From NCBI GenBank assembly GCA_018221285.1, contig JAAOYJ010000003.1:14768-78767 (forward strand): a stretch of DNA of 64,000 nt, given 5' to 3'. Positions 1-9,307 of the stretch are shown here, in pieces (positions within the stretch are counted from its first letter, which is position 1; every line of letters begins with the position of its first letter). Origin of the DNA: Candidatus Pacearchaeota archaeon. Its GTDB lineage: Archaea > Nanobdellota > Nanobdellia > Pacearchaeales > GW2011-AR1. The notes under the pieces were generated by a model. It was not told where the DNA came from. It did no database searches and worked only from the letters and a program-made list of their open reading frames with translations. Made by a program: the position numbers and the translations under genes.

Positions 1-442
1 TGATGCAGTATATATTGGGGGAGGAAACACCTTCAAATTACTAAATGCAATAAAAATAAATAACTTTGATAAAAAACTGGTAGATTATTATAATTCTCAT
101 GGAACAATTTATGGAGGTTCAGCAGGAGCAATTATCTTTGGATATGATATTTATCTTGCCTTACTATGCAAAGATAAAGATGTAAACAAAATTGGGTTAA
201 AAAATTTATCTGGGATCAATCTGGTAAACGGCTATGATATTCAATGTCATTTTGAAGAAAACCAGGTACAAGAACATCAAAAATATATTAAAAAATCAGG
301 GAGAAACATTGTAGCAATCCCAGAAGAATCAGCACTTATGATTGATAATGGTAAACTAACTGTAATTGGAACTAAACCAATAACTGTAATTTCTAAAAAC
401 AAATCAAAAAATTATTCTCCAAACCAAAAAGTAATAATCTAA
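1..442 (+). CDS. Peptidase E / S51 family (type 1 glutamine amidotransferase-like), 5'-truncated by the window edge
   Basis: Frame from nt 2 reads DAVYIGGGNTFKLL...IYGGSAGA...CHF...AIPEES, stop TAA 440-442; GGGNT and GxSAGA are S51 motifs. Not in ORF track. Confidence 0.85.
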   Translation, partial: DAVYIGGGNTFKLLNAIKINNFDKKLVDYYNSHGTIYGGSAGAIIFGYDIYLALLCKDKDVNKIGLKNLSGINLVNGYDIQCHFEENQVQEHQKYIKKSGRNIVAIPEESALMIDNGKLTVIGTKPITVISKNKSKNYSPNQKVII

Positions 443-443
443 A

Positions 444-1196
444 ATGAAAACAATAGCTCAAGGAGCAGAAGCAATCATCTTCAAAGAAGGGAATAAAGTA
501 ACCAAAGACAGAATCAAAAAATCCTACAGAATCCCTGAGATTGATAATAAAATCCGTACTCGAAGAACAAAATCAGAAACCAAACTTCTAATCAAAGCCT
601 CTCAAATTATTAACTGCCCAAAACCAATAATAGAAACTCAAGCCCACCAAATAAAAATGCCCTTCATCGACGGCAAAAAACTCTCAGAACACCTAGATAA
701 ATTCCCCCTCACCAAACAAAAACAAATATGCAAACAAATCGGAGAATCAATCGCTAAACTCCACGACAACAATATAATCCACGGAGACCTCACAACAAGC
801 AATATGATTTACGTCCCAACCAAGAGTTCCCTATTTAAAAAAGGGGGTGATGAAAACCTATCAATTAAAACTAAAACCCCAAGTACAAAAAAATCCTTTC
901 CTCTTAACAAATCTCAAGCGAAGAAATCTGGCAAAGCCGATTTCGAAGCAATCAATCCGCGAGACAACGGCGAGCGCATTTTCTTCATAGACTTTGGATT
1001 AGGTTTCATAAGCCAAAGATACGAGGATAAAGCAGTTGATCTACATCTCCTTAAACAAGCTCTTGAAGCAAAACATTTCAAACATTGGGAAGTTCTCTTC
1101 AAAGTAATAATCAAGAGATACAAAAATTCAAAAGATGCTGATAAAATTCTAAAACAGTTGGAGAAGGTTGAGAAGAGAGGGAGATATAAAAAATAA
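444..1196 (+). CDS. bud32: KEOPS complex kinase/ATPase Bud32 with a ~50-aa insertion
   Basis: QGAEA, KxRxxKxYR, HGDLTTSN, FIDFGL, EDKAVDL and C-terminal KRGRY motifs. Confidence 0.93.
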   Translation: MKTIAQGAEAIIFKEGNKVTKDRIKKSYRIPEIDNKIRTRRTKSETKLLIKASQIINCPKPIIETQAHQIKMPFIDGKKLSEHLDKFPLTKQKQICKQIGESIAKLHDNNIIHGDLTTSNMIYVPTKSSLFKKGGDENLSIKTKTPSTKKSFPLNKSQAKKSGKADFEAINPRDNGERIFFIDFGLGFISQRYEDKAVDLHLLKQALEAKHFKHWEVLFKVIIKRYKNSKDADKILKQLEKVEKRGRYKK

Positions 1197-1197
1197 A

Positions 1198-2007
1198 TTA
1201 TTTTAGATTAATTGTGGCCTTGATTCCATAGGTTGAAATATCTTCAATTGCAGGACTATCATTTAAAGATTTTTGAGCTTCAATAAAAGGTGCTATACAA
1301 ATTCCTTTATAATTAATTGGAAATTCGGCTTTAACTACTGCATGACTTAATCCACTATTTTCATCCCCTATCCAGTATCCTCTATTATACGCAACTCTTC
1401 CAGATAATTCTGCTCCTAATTCTAATTTTCCTAATCTAACTGGATCAGAAGAATAACTTCCTGAAAGTTGAAAATAAGTTCCTTCTCCTTTATCAAAATC
1501 ATGTGCTATTGTTAGTGTGGGATTTAATGGCAGAGAATTTGCACTAATTCCTCCAAAAAATTCTTGAGATTTCTCAAACCAGTCTGTAGGAGAGTAATAA
1601 AGTCCGTAACCTCCAAAAGCAGAAAAAGATTTTCCAAGAGGCATAGTTCCAACAATAAGACCATCTGTTTCATTTATCTCTTCCTGATCAGTACTATAAT
1701 TAACAAAATTCTGTAAACTTAAGCTATCAAGAGGCCTTATCTTATCGCCAAGATAAGTGAGGGTTGTAGTATTTTGGGCTACAGGTTTTTTATCATATGT
1801 TAATCCATAAAAAACATAATTATTCAACCAACTAAAATCTGTGCTTAATGCAAAATCACCTAAAATCTGGCTTTGTTCTTGAACAGAGGATAAAGACTCG
1901 TCTTTATGTCCAAATTCTTCTGCTCTAACATTACCAGACACAGCATTCGCGAAGATTATTGTTGCTGCAACTAGATTTGCCAACTTTGAAATTTTTTTGA
2001 ATCTCAT
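1198..2007 (-). CDS. Secreted protein resembling bacterial outer-membrane beta-barrel proteins (Gcw_chp/TIGR02001-like)
   Basis: Signal peptide, NYVFYG...P.AQ N-terminal motif, alternating aromatic/Gly amphipathic strands, C-terminal YGIKATINLK strand. Confidence 0.6.
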   Translation of the reverse strand: MRFKKISKLANLVAATIIFANAVSGNVRAEEFGHKDESLSSVQEQSQILGDFALSTDFSWLNNYVFYGLTYDKKPVAQNTTTLTYLGDKIRPLDSLSLQNFVNYSTDQEEINETDGLIVGTMPLGKSFSAFGGYGLYYSPTDWFEKSQEFFGGISANSLPLNPTLTIAHDFDKGEGTYFQLSGSYSSDPVRLGKLELGAELSGRVAYNRGYWIGDENSGLSHAVVKAEFPINYKGICIAPFIEAQKSLNDSPAIEDISTYGIKATINLK

Positions 2008-2063
2008 TTTTATTTTTCCTTATTGTTATCACTAAAGAAACGTATCACTATTTAAATACTAGT

Positions 2064-2079
2064 TGTCGGATTTACGACA
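2064..2079. promoter_or_regulatory. Palindromic operator candidate TGTCG-N6-CGACA between divergent TATA boxes
   Basis: tgtcggatttacgaca lies between tatttaaa (2049-2056) and tttataaa (2086-2093), upstream of a TrmB-family gene. Confidence 0.55.
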
Positions 2080-2113
2080 GCAACCTTTATAAAATCTTTT
2101 TCGTTGTAAAGAT

Positions 2114-2848
2114 ATGAAAATCTACGAGACACTAGAAGAAACAGGGCTCAAAAAAGGGGAAATAAAAGTTTATCTTGCTTTATTAAAATTAGGCTCCTCT
2201 CCGATTAGTAAATTAAAAGAGAGCACTGGTTTACATAGGACCACAATATATGATTTTGTTGAAAAGCTATTAAACAGAGCCTTAGTGAGTTATAACACCC
2301 AGAAAGGAGTTCGTTATTACAAAGCTACAGAACCAAGAAGACTTTTAGAAGAATTGAAGGAAAAAGAAGAAAAAATAAAGGCAATTCTTCCAGAAATTGA
2401 AAAAATAACAAAAGATTCTCCTAAAGACATAAGTGTAGAAACATATAGGGGAAGAGAGGGAAATATAATTCTAATGAATGATATTCTAGAAACAGGAGGA
2501 GAATATCTTGTATTAAGTGCTGAAGAGCAGAGATTTGAAGAGATATTTTCAATTCATATTGCCCAACATTTTAAAAAAGAAAAGATGTTAGGGATTACTT
2601 CACGTGCCCTAACAAGAGAGGATACTGATTTTTATTTTAAAGCGCCAACCACAACATATAGATTCCTTCCTAAGAATTTCTTTGGACCTACAGCAATTGC
2701 AATATATGGGGACAAAGTGGGCTTTTTTATCTGGGAACCCCTTTCAACAATCATTATAAAAAATAAAGAATTAGCAGAAGGCTATAAGAAGCATTTTGAA
2801 TTATTATGGAAAACAGCAAAGAAAAAACCTCTCTCTAAGAAAAAATAA
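2114..2848 (+). CDS. TrmB-family transcriptional regulator
   Basis: N-terminal winged HTH (GLKKGEIKVYLALLKLG...HRTTIYD), C-terminal effector domain (IYGDKV, F.LLW). Confidence 0.9.
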   Translation: MKIYETLEETGLKKGEIKVYLALLKLGSSPISKLKESTGLHRTTIYDFVEKLLNRALVSYNTQKGVRYYKATEPRRLLEELKEKEEKIKAILPEIEKITKDSPKDISVETYRGREGNIILMNDILETGGEYLVLSAEEQRFEEIFSIHIAQHFKKEKMLGITSRALTREDTDFYFKAPTTTYRFLPKNFFGPTAIAIYGDKVGFFIWEPLSTIIIKNKELAEGYKKHFELLWKTAKKKPLSKKK

Positions 2849-2915
2849 TTCTATTCAAATCCAAATTAAAAAAATATGTTCTTATCCCACGTATGAATAA
2901 CAAACATATCTCGAA

Positions 2916-3043
2916 TAGCCCCACCAGGATTCGAACCTGGGTCCCAGGCTTTCTTCTTTCTCTCCTGAAAAAGGAGGAAATGAAAAGTGCAAAGCACTTT
3001 ACTTTTCAAAGGCCTGTATACTTGACCACTGTACTATGGGGCT
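2916..3043 (-). tRNA. tRNA-Gln(UUG) with a 55-nt intron at canonical position 37/38 (intron 2951-3005)
   Basis: Minus strand AGCCCCATAGTACAGTGGTCAAGTATACAGGC-CT-TTG-A[intron]AGCCTGGGACCCAGGTTCGAATCCTGGTGGGGCTA; A1-U72 pair typical of archaeal tRNA-Gln; CCA not encoded. Confidence 0.93.
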
Positions 3044-3077
3044 GATACAAAGAAAACCATAACTTCATTTATAAAAT

Positions 3078-3175
3078 TTGCTCACTCGTAAAACTCGCTC
3101 GATTGATATAAGTAATTAACAAAAATAACTAAATAGTTACCCAACATATTATGCGAAGCTATCCTATTAACAACT
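3078..3175. repeat. Dispersed ~100-bp structured intergenic element, copy 1 (family A)
   Basis: Colinear with 9308-9410: ttgctca...aagta.ytaac.aaaaataac...agttac.caa...ttatgcgaagyta..ctattaac.act. Confidence 0.65.
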
Positions 3176-3239
3176 TCTTTCTAACCAAAAACACTCTCTC
3201 GTTTGACTGACTGCGTTCGAGGCAAGCGAATGGAAGTTT

Positions 3240-4034
3240 TCATCCAAAAACACTTTTGTAAAAAATCATTCGATTAATATCCTGCTTCTTAGGGTTAATC
3301 CACCTAAAAAATCTCTTCAAACTCGGATATTGATATTTCCTTCCAACCAATGTTGCTGCTAATCTTCTATATTCCTTACTTGCTTCTGAATTTGGTTTAT
3401 GAGTTGTCGAAGGAGTAAACTCAGACAATGCCTTTAGAATATTAATGTCATGAGGGATAACCGCCATCACAGGAATCCCTGTTGTATTTTCAATATCATC
3501 AACAGACAATTCAAAATTCTTATTATGAACTTTATTCAAAATCAATCCATCAATAGGAGTCCCTCTTTGCTTTGCTAATTTCATAGCCTTAATTGTTGTG
3601 CTAAGTGTCGGATGGTCTGGAGTCGAAACAACAAAAATACTGTCAGAGGCCAACATTGTAGCAAGAGTCTCCTCATTCAAGGCAGGTGAAGAATCAATAA
3701 GCGTGAAATCATATTTCTTCTTAAGGAACTTAATCTTATCTCTCAACTTCAAGGGATTAATTTGATTATTATTAAAAATAGATGCTGGAATCACGTCGAC
3801 GTTTCCAATATTATATACTGCTTCTCGAGCATGAGATTTGCCCATCAAAACATGGTGGAGTGTTTTCTCAGGATCTATGATATTTAGATGCAACCCTAAA
3901 TTCGGTGCTGAAAGATTACCGTCGACCAATAGGACACTTTTACCTAAATCAGCTATCGCAGCCCCCAAAGCAACAACAGTTGAAGTCTTACCAACACCCC
4001 CTTTAAGGGATACAACTCCGATTGTCTTTCCCAT
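3240..4034 (-). CDS. minD: MinD/ParA-family ATPase
   Basis: Deviant Walker A KGGVGKT, LLVDGN, IDSSP, ILNKV. Confidence 0.85.
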   Translation of the reverse strand: MGKTIGVVSLKGGVGKTSTVVALGAAIADLGKSVLLVDGNLSAPNLGLHLNIIDPEKTLHHVLMGKSHAREAVYNIGNVDVIPASIFNNNQINPLKLRDKIKFLKKKYDFTLIDSSPALNEETLATMLASDSIFVVSTPDHPTLSTTIKAMKLAKQRGTPIDGLILNKVHNKNFELSVDDIENTTGIPVMAVIPHDINILKALSEFTPSTTHKPNSEASKEYRRLAATLVGRKYQYPSLKRFFRWINPKKQDINRMIFYKSVFG

Positions 4035-4107
4035 AATTTAACCAAGAGAAATTAGTTTAAATAGATTTCAGTTAACTAAATAATAGATACTCAGCAGACT
4101 TTAAAAA

Positions 4108-4941
4108 TCATTTCTTATTAAAAATCTCAACAATATAAGCCAAATAATTATACAAAATTTCAGTTATAGAATAAAGTATTCCTTCCAAAAAAGTTTTCTG
4201 CCCATGCTTTGACTCATCCAAAAGTAATTTATTCAAACCCTTAAAATCATTCTTCTGCAAGAGTTTAACATAATTAATAATATAATATTCAACAGATTTT
4301 GCCAACTTAACATCTTTCTTAATCTTTTTGGCAATCTCTCCCATCAAATCACTAACAATATCAAAAGAAGAACAAATCAAGAACAAAGCATGCCCTTCAG
4401 CATCCTGCTTATACTTATTTAAAAAACGAACAGCATAAAGATTATTATAATCCATCAAAGATTCCTCTGCTAAAGATGTCTCCAACTTAATTTTTCCCTC
4501 TGCTAACTGAACCAATGTCTTTGCCTGCTCTTCTAAAATAAAAACAGTCTTCATAATAATATTTCTAATATTATCGTCCGCAGAATTAACAATAGATTTC
4601 AAAACACAATAATCCTTCTTATAATCTTCAATAACCATTCCCATAAGACCTTGGGAAATCTCACGAATCAATGGAAGATTATCATGATTAATTCTAATTT
4701 CATCGTAACCCTGAATATACTTAGACTCAATTTTAAGCATTGCTTCAAGACGAGTATTTCCTGAAACATTCACTTCAATAGATTCTGATTTAGCTTTTAA
4801 CTTAGACGAAACCACTAACTTATCTCCTTCTTCCACTATCTGAACTGCATCCTTCGGACTTAAATCATGTTTTCTAATCCAAGAAATCGGCAAAGCCACA
4901 GTATAAGCCTGCTTTCCCTGTAAAATCAATTTTCTTTCCAT
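4108..4941 (-). CDS. AbrB-domain / PhoU-like phosphate uptake regulator family protein
   Basis: N-terminal RKLILQG...TVALP.SW AbrB domain, YIQGYDEI motif, helical C-terminus. Confidence 0.8.
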   Translation of the reverse strand: MERKLILQGKQAYTVALPISWIRKHDLSPKDAVQIVEEGDKLVVSSKLKAKSESIEVNVSGNTRLEAMLKIESKYIQGYDEIRINHDNLPLIREISQGLMGMVIEDYKKDYCVLKSIVNSADDNIRNIIMKTVFILEEQAKTLVQLAEGKIKLETSLAEESLMDYNNLYAVRFLNKYKQDAEGHALFLICSSFDIVSDLMGEIAKKIKKDVKLAKSVEYYIINYVKLLQKNDFKGLNKLLLDESKHGQKTFLEGILYSITEILYNYLAYIVEIFNKK

Positions 4942-5048
4942 TTTAATGATTTATATTATTTATATAAATTATATAAAGAGGATATATAAATCTTTCTAAT
5001 TATATAATATCGCCTTATATTCATAGAAATGTAAGGAGGAAAAATAAA

Positions 5049-5537
5049 ATGGACACAAAATACAGAAAGGGAAGAAAGCATCGTGATTTAGATGGCATTG
5101 GATTAGAAAGCATAAAAACACATATAGAACACATATATGATCGTGCCGTAAATCTAGATATAAAATTAACCAGCGTATACCAGAATCTCGACCATATAAC
5201 TGAAATATTAAGTGAAAGAAATAGTGAAATAATTTGGCCAATTCTCAAGTTTATGGCAAAAGGCACAACCATTCTAACTGCTTTAGCAATACTTGGCTAT
5301 AGTTCCCAAGAAAATATGTCAAGAGAAAAAGATATCTACCATTCAGCCCTAGCAATCCATGCAGACGTCAACAAAGATAACATAGTATCAAAACTCGAAG
5401 AAAAAACTTTTAAAACTAATCTCTTAAAAGGTAAAAATGCCGTATTCGTAAAAGACTTGCCTTTCTACAAAACAGGGGAACAAGTTGATGAAAATACTGT
5501 TAAAGAATGGATTCAAAATTATGGGAACTCTAAATAA
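5049..5537 (+). CDS. Hypothetical protein with a central hydrophobic segment
   Basis: 162-aa ORF preceded by SD-like aggagg. Confidence 0.55.
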   Translation: MDTKYRKGRKHRDLDGIGLESIKTHIEHIYDRAVNLDIKLTSVYQNLDHITEILSERNSEIIWPILKFMAKGTTILTALAILGYSSQENMSREKDIYHSALAIHADVNKDNIVSKLEEKTFKTNLLKGKNAVFVKDLPFYKTGEQVDENTVKEWIQNYGNSK

Positions 5538-5601
5538 ACCTATTTTTATTTTACTTTTTTATTTCCCAAACTATTTTAAATCTAATTCCACTATTATCAA
5601 A

Positions 5602-6300
5602 ATGATAAAAGAAAGATTAAACATTCTAAACAAAATCGATGAGCTCTCAAAGGACATCTCAAAAACCGAGCTAATCTTAGATGAAACCTCCAAAATCTTA
5701 GCATTAGAAATCAACCCAAATCAAAAAGAAACAATTCTAATGACTGCGGGATGCCATGGAAATGAGCCAGCCCCAGTTTATGCTATGGGAAAATTCCTAG
5801 AAGAGAAAAACTTTCCAAAAGATAAAAGAATCATCTTAATTCCGTGCATAAACCCAATAGGATTTGTTTCAGATTCAGAATTTACTCCTGAAAAAATAAA
5901 TGTGAATAGAGACTTCAAGGAAAATTCAAACTCTAAAGAGGCAAACTTCTTAAGAAAGATTGTCAAAAAATACAATCCTGAATTCGTAGTAAACCTACAC
6001 GAAGATCCAGATGAAACGGATTTTTATATTTGGGTTGAGGACAATGCTTACAAGAGTAAAGCAGAAAAGCTAATTGCAGAATTAAATGTGTCTTATTTTA
6101 AAGATAAAGATATTCATGGGAATCAGGTAAAAGATGGTATAATCCTAGACTCAAAAGAGCATGATTCTTTTGAAGATTATTTAATAAAGAACCATATTCC
6201 TACTTTTTGCACAGAAACTCCTGGAGAATGGAGTATAGAAAAAAGAATAAAGGTTAATTTGGATATTCTTAATAAAATTGTTAACGAAGTAAGTAAGTAA
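5602..6300 (+). CDS. M14-like zinc carboxypeptidase / succinylglutamate desuccinylase-aspartoacylase family
   Basis: HGNE, NPIG, NRDF, NLHED, TETP motifs; start moved to ATG 5602 after TATA-like ttttaaa. Confidence 0.85.
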   Translation: MIKERLNILNKIDELSKDISKTELILDETSKILALEINPNQKETILMTAGCHGNEPAPVYAMGKFLEEKNFPKDKRIILIPCINPIGFVSDSEFTPEKINVNRDFKENSNSKEANFLRKIVKKYNPEFVVNLHEDPDETDFYIWVEDNAYKSKAEKLIAELNVSYFKDKDIHGNQVKDGIILDSKEHDSFEDYLIKNHIPTFCTETPGEWSIEKRIKVNLDILNKIVNEVSK

Positions 6301-6371
6301 TCTCTTTAACCCCCAATAACTCCTCCCAAGTACACAGCAAACTTTAAAAATCAATTTCTCAATCATATAAG

Positions 6372-6734
6372 ATGGTAAAGAAAAAAGTAGAGAAAACTGA
6401 AGAAAAACCCAAAAAAGTAAAAAAGCTTTCAGAGGCTGAATTCGAAAAGAAAGTTATAGACTTGGCTAAAAAGGGTCTAACAAGCGAGAAAATTGGAGAA
6501 GAACTAAGACAGCAAGGAATTCATCCTAAAAATTATGATAAAAAAATATCAAAGATACTAAAAGAAAAAGATGTTTATATTAACCCTGATTTAAAGAACG
6601 TCGAAGGAAAATTGGAACGGGTTAAAAAACACTTTGAAAAAAACAAACAAGATAAAAGAGCGAAGAGAGAGAAGGACAGGATATTTGCGCAAGTAAGAAA
6701 ATTAAAGAAGTATCACAAAATTCCAGTCAAATAG
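6372..6734 (+). CDS. rps15: 30S ribosomal protein uS15 (archaeal type, divergent N-terminus)
   Basis: LAKKG..SEKIG..LR..G and HFEKNKQDKRAKR motifs; conserved uS15-DHH gene order. Confidence 0.85.
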   Translation: MVKKKVEKTEEKPKKVKKLSEAEFEKKVIDLAKKGLTSEKIGEELRQQGIHPKNYDKKISKILKEKDVYINPDLKNVEGKLERVKKHFEKNKQDKRAKREKDRIFAQVRKLKKYHKIPVK

Positions 6735-6759
6735 TTGCTTTTGTCTTATAGGGGATTAA

Positions 6760-8100
6760 ATGAAAAAAGAGGAAATTTCTTTAGAAGCGAAAATTAAATA
6801 TGTTGCAGAAAGATTTGTAGAAGAAATCCAAGACAAAGAAATACAAGTGATAAGCCACTTTGATACAGACGGCATAACTTCTGCTGCAATAATGATAAAA
6901 GCCTTGAAAAAACTTGATAAAAAATTCTCAGTTAAAATTATGAAAAGTTTAGAAAAAGAATTCATCGAAACTTTGGATAAAGACAAACTAACAATCTTTT
7001 TGGACTTGGCATCAAGCAGCCTGGAGATTATTGAAAAGCATTTTACAAAAGAGGTCTTCGTAATTGACCACCACGAAATTATTCAAGAAGTTCCAGAAAG
7101 AATAAACATAATAAACCCCCAACTTCATAGTAAACAAAAGATAAGTAGCTCATGTCTTACTTACTTATTCTGCAAACAATTGGATCCTGAAAACAAAGAT
7201 CTAGCAAAGCTAGCAATCCTAGGGATGATTGGGGATATGTTTGGTGATGAAATCGATAAATTAGATAACGGAATTCTAGAAGACGGAGATATAAAAAGAA
7301 AAAGAGGTTTGCTTATTTATCCGTCGACAAGACCTCTAAATCGAACCCTTGAATTTTGTTCCAACCCATATATCCCTGGAGTCACAGGAGACATTAAAGG
7401 AGTCTTAGAATTATTACGAGAAGTTAATCTAGCCCCACCAAAAGGAGGGAAATATAAAAGCCTAATGGAATTGGACGAAGAAGAAATGGAAAGATTAGTC
7501 ACAGGAATAATGTTGAGAAACCCCAGAACAACAAATAGAGAAATGCTCGGAGATATATTTCTAATAAAATTATTCAATAAGCTAGAAGATGCAAGAGAAT
7601 TAAGTGCAATGGTAAACGCTTGTTCAAGATTAGGGGAGAGCGGAACTGCTATCCAACTTTGTATGGAGATTCCAAAAGCAAAGAAAAAAGCACAGACGAT
7701 CCACGCACGATACAGACAATTTATTATTTCAGGCTTAAAATTTGTTGAAGAAACAGAAAAAATTCAAGGCAAGGATTTCATAATAATCAATGCCAAAGAT
7801 AACATAAAAGATACCATGGCTGGCACAATCGCAAGCATACTTTCAAAATCATCTCTTTATGAAGAAGGAACAATCATAATTAATATGGCTTATTACGACG
7901 ACAAAATAAAAGTTTCGGGGAGGATGGTCGGAGAAAACGGAAGAAGCGTCAGAGAAATCTTAGCAAAAGTAGTAGACGAAATCGGAGGAGAAGTCGGAGG
8001 ACATCGTTTCGCAGCTGGCGCAATAATCTCTCGAACAAAAGAACAAGAATTTATTGATTTACTAAAAAAGAATTTGGAGTTGGAGATTGTTAAAATATAA
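6760..8100 (+). CDS. DHH-family phosphoesterase (archaeal RecJ-like)
   Basis: HFDTDG, DHH and DHHA1 GGH..AAG motifs. Confidence 0.92.
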   Translation: MKKEEISLEAKIKYVAERFVEEIQDKEIQVISHFDTDGITSAAIMIKALKKLDKKFSVKIMKSLEKEFIETLDKDKLTIFLDLASSSLEIIEKHFTKEVFVIDHHEIIQEVPERINIINPQLHSKQKISSSCLTYLFCKQLDPENKDLAKLAILGMIGDMFGDEIDKLDNGILEDGDIKRKRGLLIYPSTRPLNRTLEFCSNPYIPGVTGDIKGVLELLREVNLAPPKGGKYKSLMELDEEEMERLVTGIMLRNPRTTNREMLGDIFLIKLFNKLEDARELSAMVNACSRLGESGTAIQLCMEIPKAKKKAQTIHARYRQFIISGLKFVEETEKIQGKDFIIINAKDNIKDTMAGTIASILSKSSLYEEGTIIINMAYYDDKIKVSGRMVGENGRSVREILAKVVDEIGGEVGGHRFAAGAIISRTKEQEFIDLLKKNLELEIVKI

Positions 8101-8138
8101 CCCAAAACTCTTAAAAACCACTTACTTATTCTAATTAT

Positions 8139-8843
8139 ATGGAACTTGAAGTAGGAGACATATTATTATGTACTGTTGAAAGGATAGCAGGGACAATGGT
8201 CTTTGTAAGAATAGATGATACAGGACAGCAAGGGAGTATTATTTTAAGTGAGATTGCTCCAGGAAGAATAAGGAATTTAAGAGACTATGTTGTACCAAAG
8301 AAAAAGATCATTTGTAAGATTCTAAGAATATCGCCGAATGGAAATATAGATTTATCTTTGAGAAGGGTTACAAAAAAAGAGCAACAAGAGATAAGAGATT
8401 CAAACAAACAAGAAAAAAGTTCTAAAAGTATTTTAAAAAGTGTCTTAGGAGATAAATCAAAAGATGTTGTTAATGAAATATTGGAACAAGACAAAGTAAG
8501 TAATTTTCTTCAAGAAGCAAAAGAAAATTCTAAAAATTTAGAAAAGATCGTAGGCAAGGATGATGCAAAAAAAATTTTAGATATCCTAAACACTCAAAAA
8601 CAAAAGAAGGCGGTTGTTAAAAAAACAATTTCTTTGACAACAAGCAAACCCAATGGACTTGAATTAATTAAGAAAATTTTAGGAAAGATAAAGGAAGCAG
8701 AAATCAGATACATCTCTGCAGGAAAATACTCTGTTAAAACAGAAGCTTCAGACATAAAAACTGCAGATAACATGTTAAAAGAAGTTTTATCCAAGATTGA
8801 AAAAACTGCGAAAAAAGAACACGTCGAATTTGGAATCAAGTGA
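8139..8843 (+). CDS. eif2a: Translation initiation factor 2 subunit alpha
   Basis: S1 domain SEIAPGRIRN, IDLSLRRV, C-terminal YISAGKY. Confidence 0.88.
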   Translation: MELEVGDILLCTVERIAGTMVFVRIDDTGQQGSIILSEIAPGRIRNLRDYVVPKKKIICKILRISPNGNIDLSLRRVTKKEQQEIRDSNKQEKSSKSILKSVLGDKSKDVVNEILEQDKVSNFLQEAKENSKNLEKIVGKDDAKKILDILNTQKQKKAVVKKTISLTTSKPNGLELIKKILGKIKEAEIRYISAGKYSVKTEASDIKTADNMLKEVLSKIEKTAKKEHVEFGIK

Positions 8844-8901
8844 TTCTTTAGTTATAACACGTCAACAAAAAGCTTAAATACTTACAAAAAGGCAAAGAAT
8901 T

Positions 8902-9300
8902 ATGGACAAAGAAAACTTTAATGTTATCATTCTAGGAATAATCTTCAATCCCAAAGAAAAGAAAATCTTGATCGGAAAAAGGGAAAATGGTTCTGAAGGA
9001 AGTTGGGAATTCCCAGGCGGAAAAGCAATCCACAGAGAGGATGTTGACAAAACTCTAAAAAGACATTCTAAAGCCAAAACAGGTTATGTTGTAAAAAACC
9101 TTGGAACTTTCTTTTCAGAAAACTCTTCTGAAAAAGACGATTTAATATTAATTTATTTTCTGACAGAAGTATTTGAAGGTGAAGAAAAACCAGGTGATGA
9201 TTTTGTCGAACTAAAATGGATTCATCCAAAAGAGTTAGGAGATTATTTGACAACTTCAGCCCACAAAAAACTAAAAGAATATTTAACAGATTTAGTTTAA
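8902..9300 (+). CDS. NUDIX-fold protein with a degenerate Nudix box
   Basis: ILIGKR, WEFPGGK, ELKW; catalytic REUXEE is replaced by RHSKAK. Confidence 0.75.
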   Translation: MDKENFNVIILGIIFNPKEKKILIGKRENGSEGSWEFPGGKAIHREDVDKTLKRHSKAKTGYVVKNLGTFFSENSSEKDDLILIYFLTEVFEGEEKPGDDFVELKWIHPKELGDYLTTSAHKKLKEYLTDLV

Positions 9301-9307
9301 TTCTGAA

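Noticed and set aside
2026-2050. Thermococcales TGM motif (TATCAC-N5-GTGATA)
   Set aside because: Only direct TATCAC half-sites; the inverted half is missing
5485-5601. N-terminal extensions in the ORF track (also on 25690-26499, 38599-43068, 45864-46709)
   Set aside because: They overlap neighbouring genes or promoter DNA; downstream ATGs fit the TATA spacing or signal peptides better
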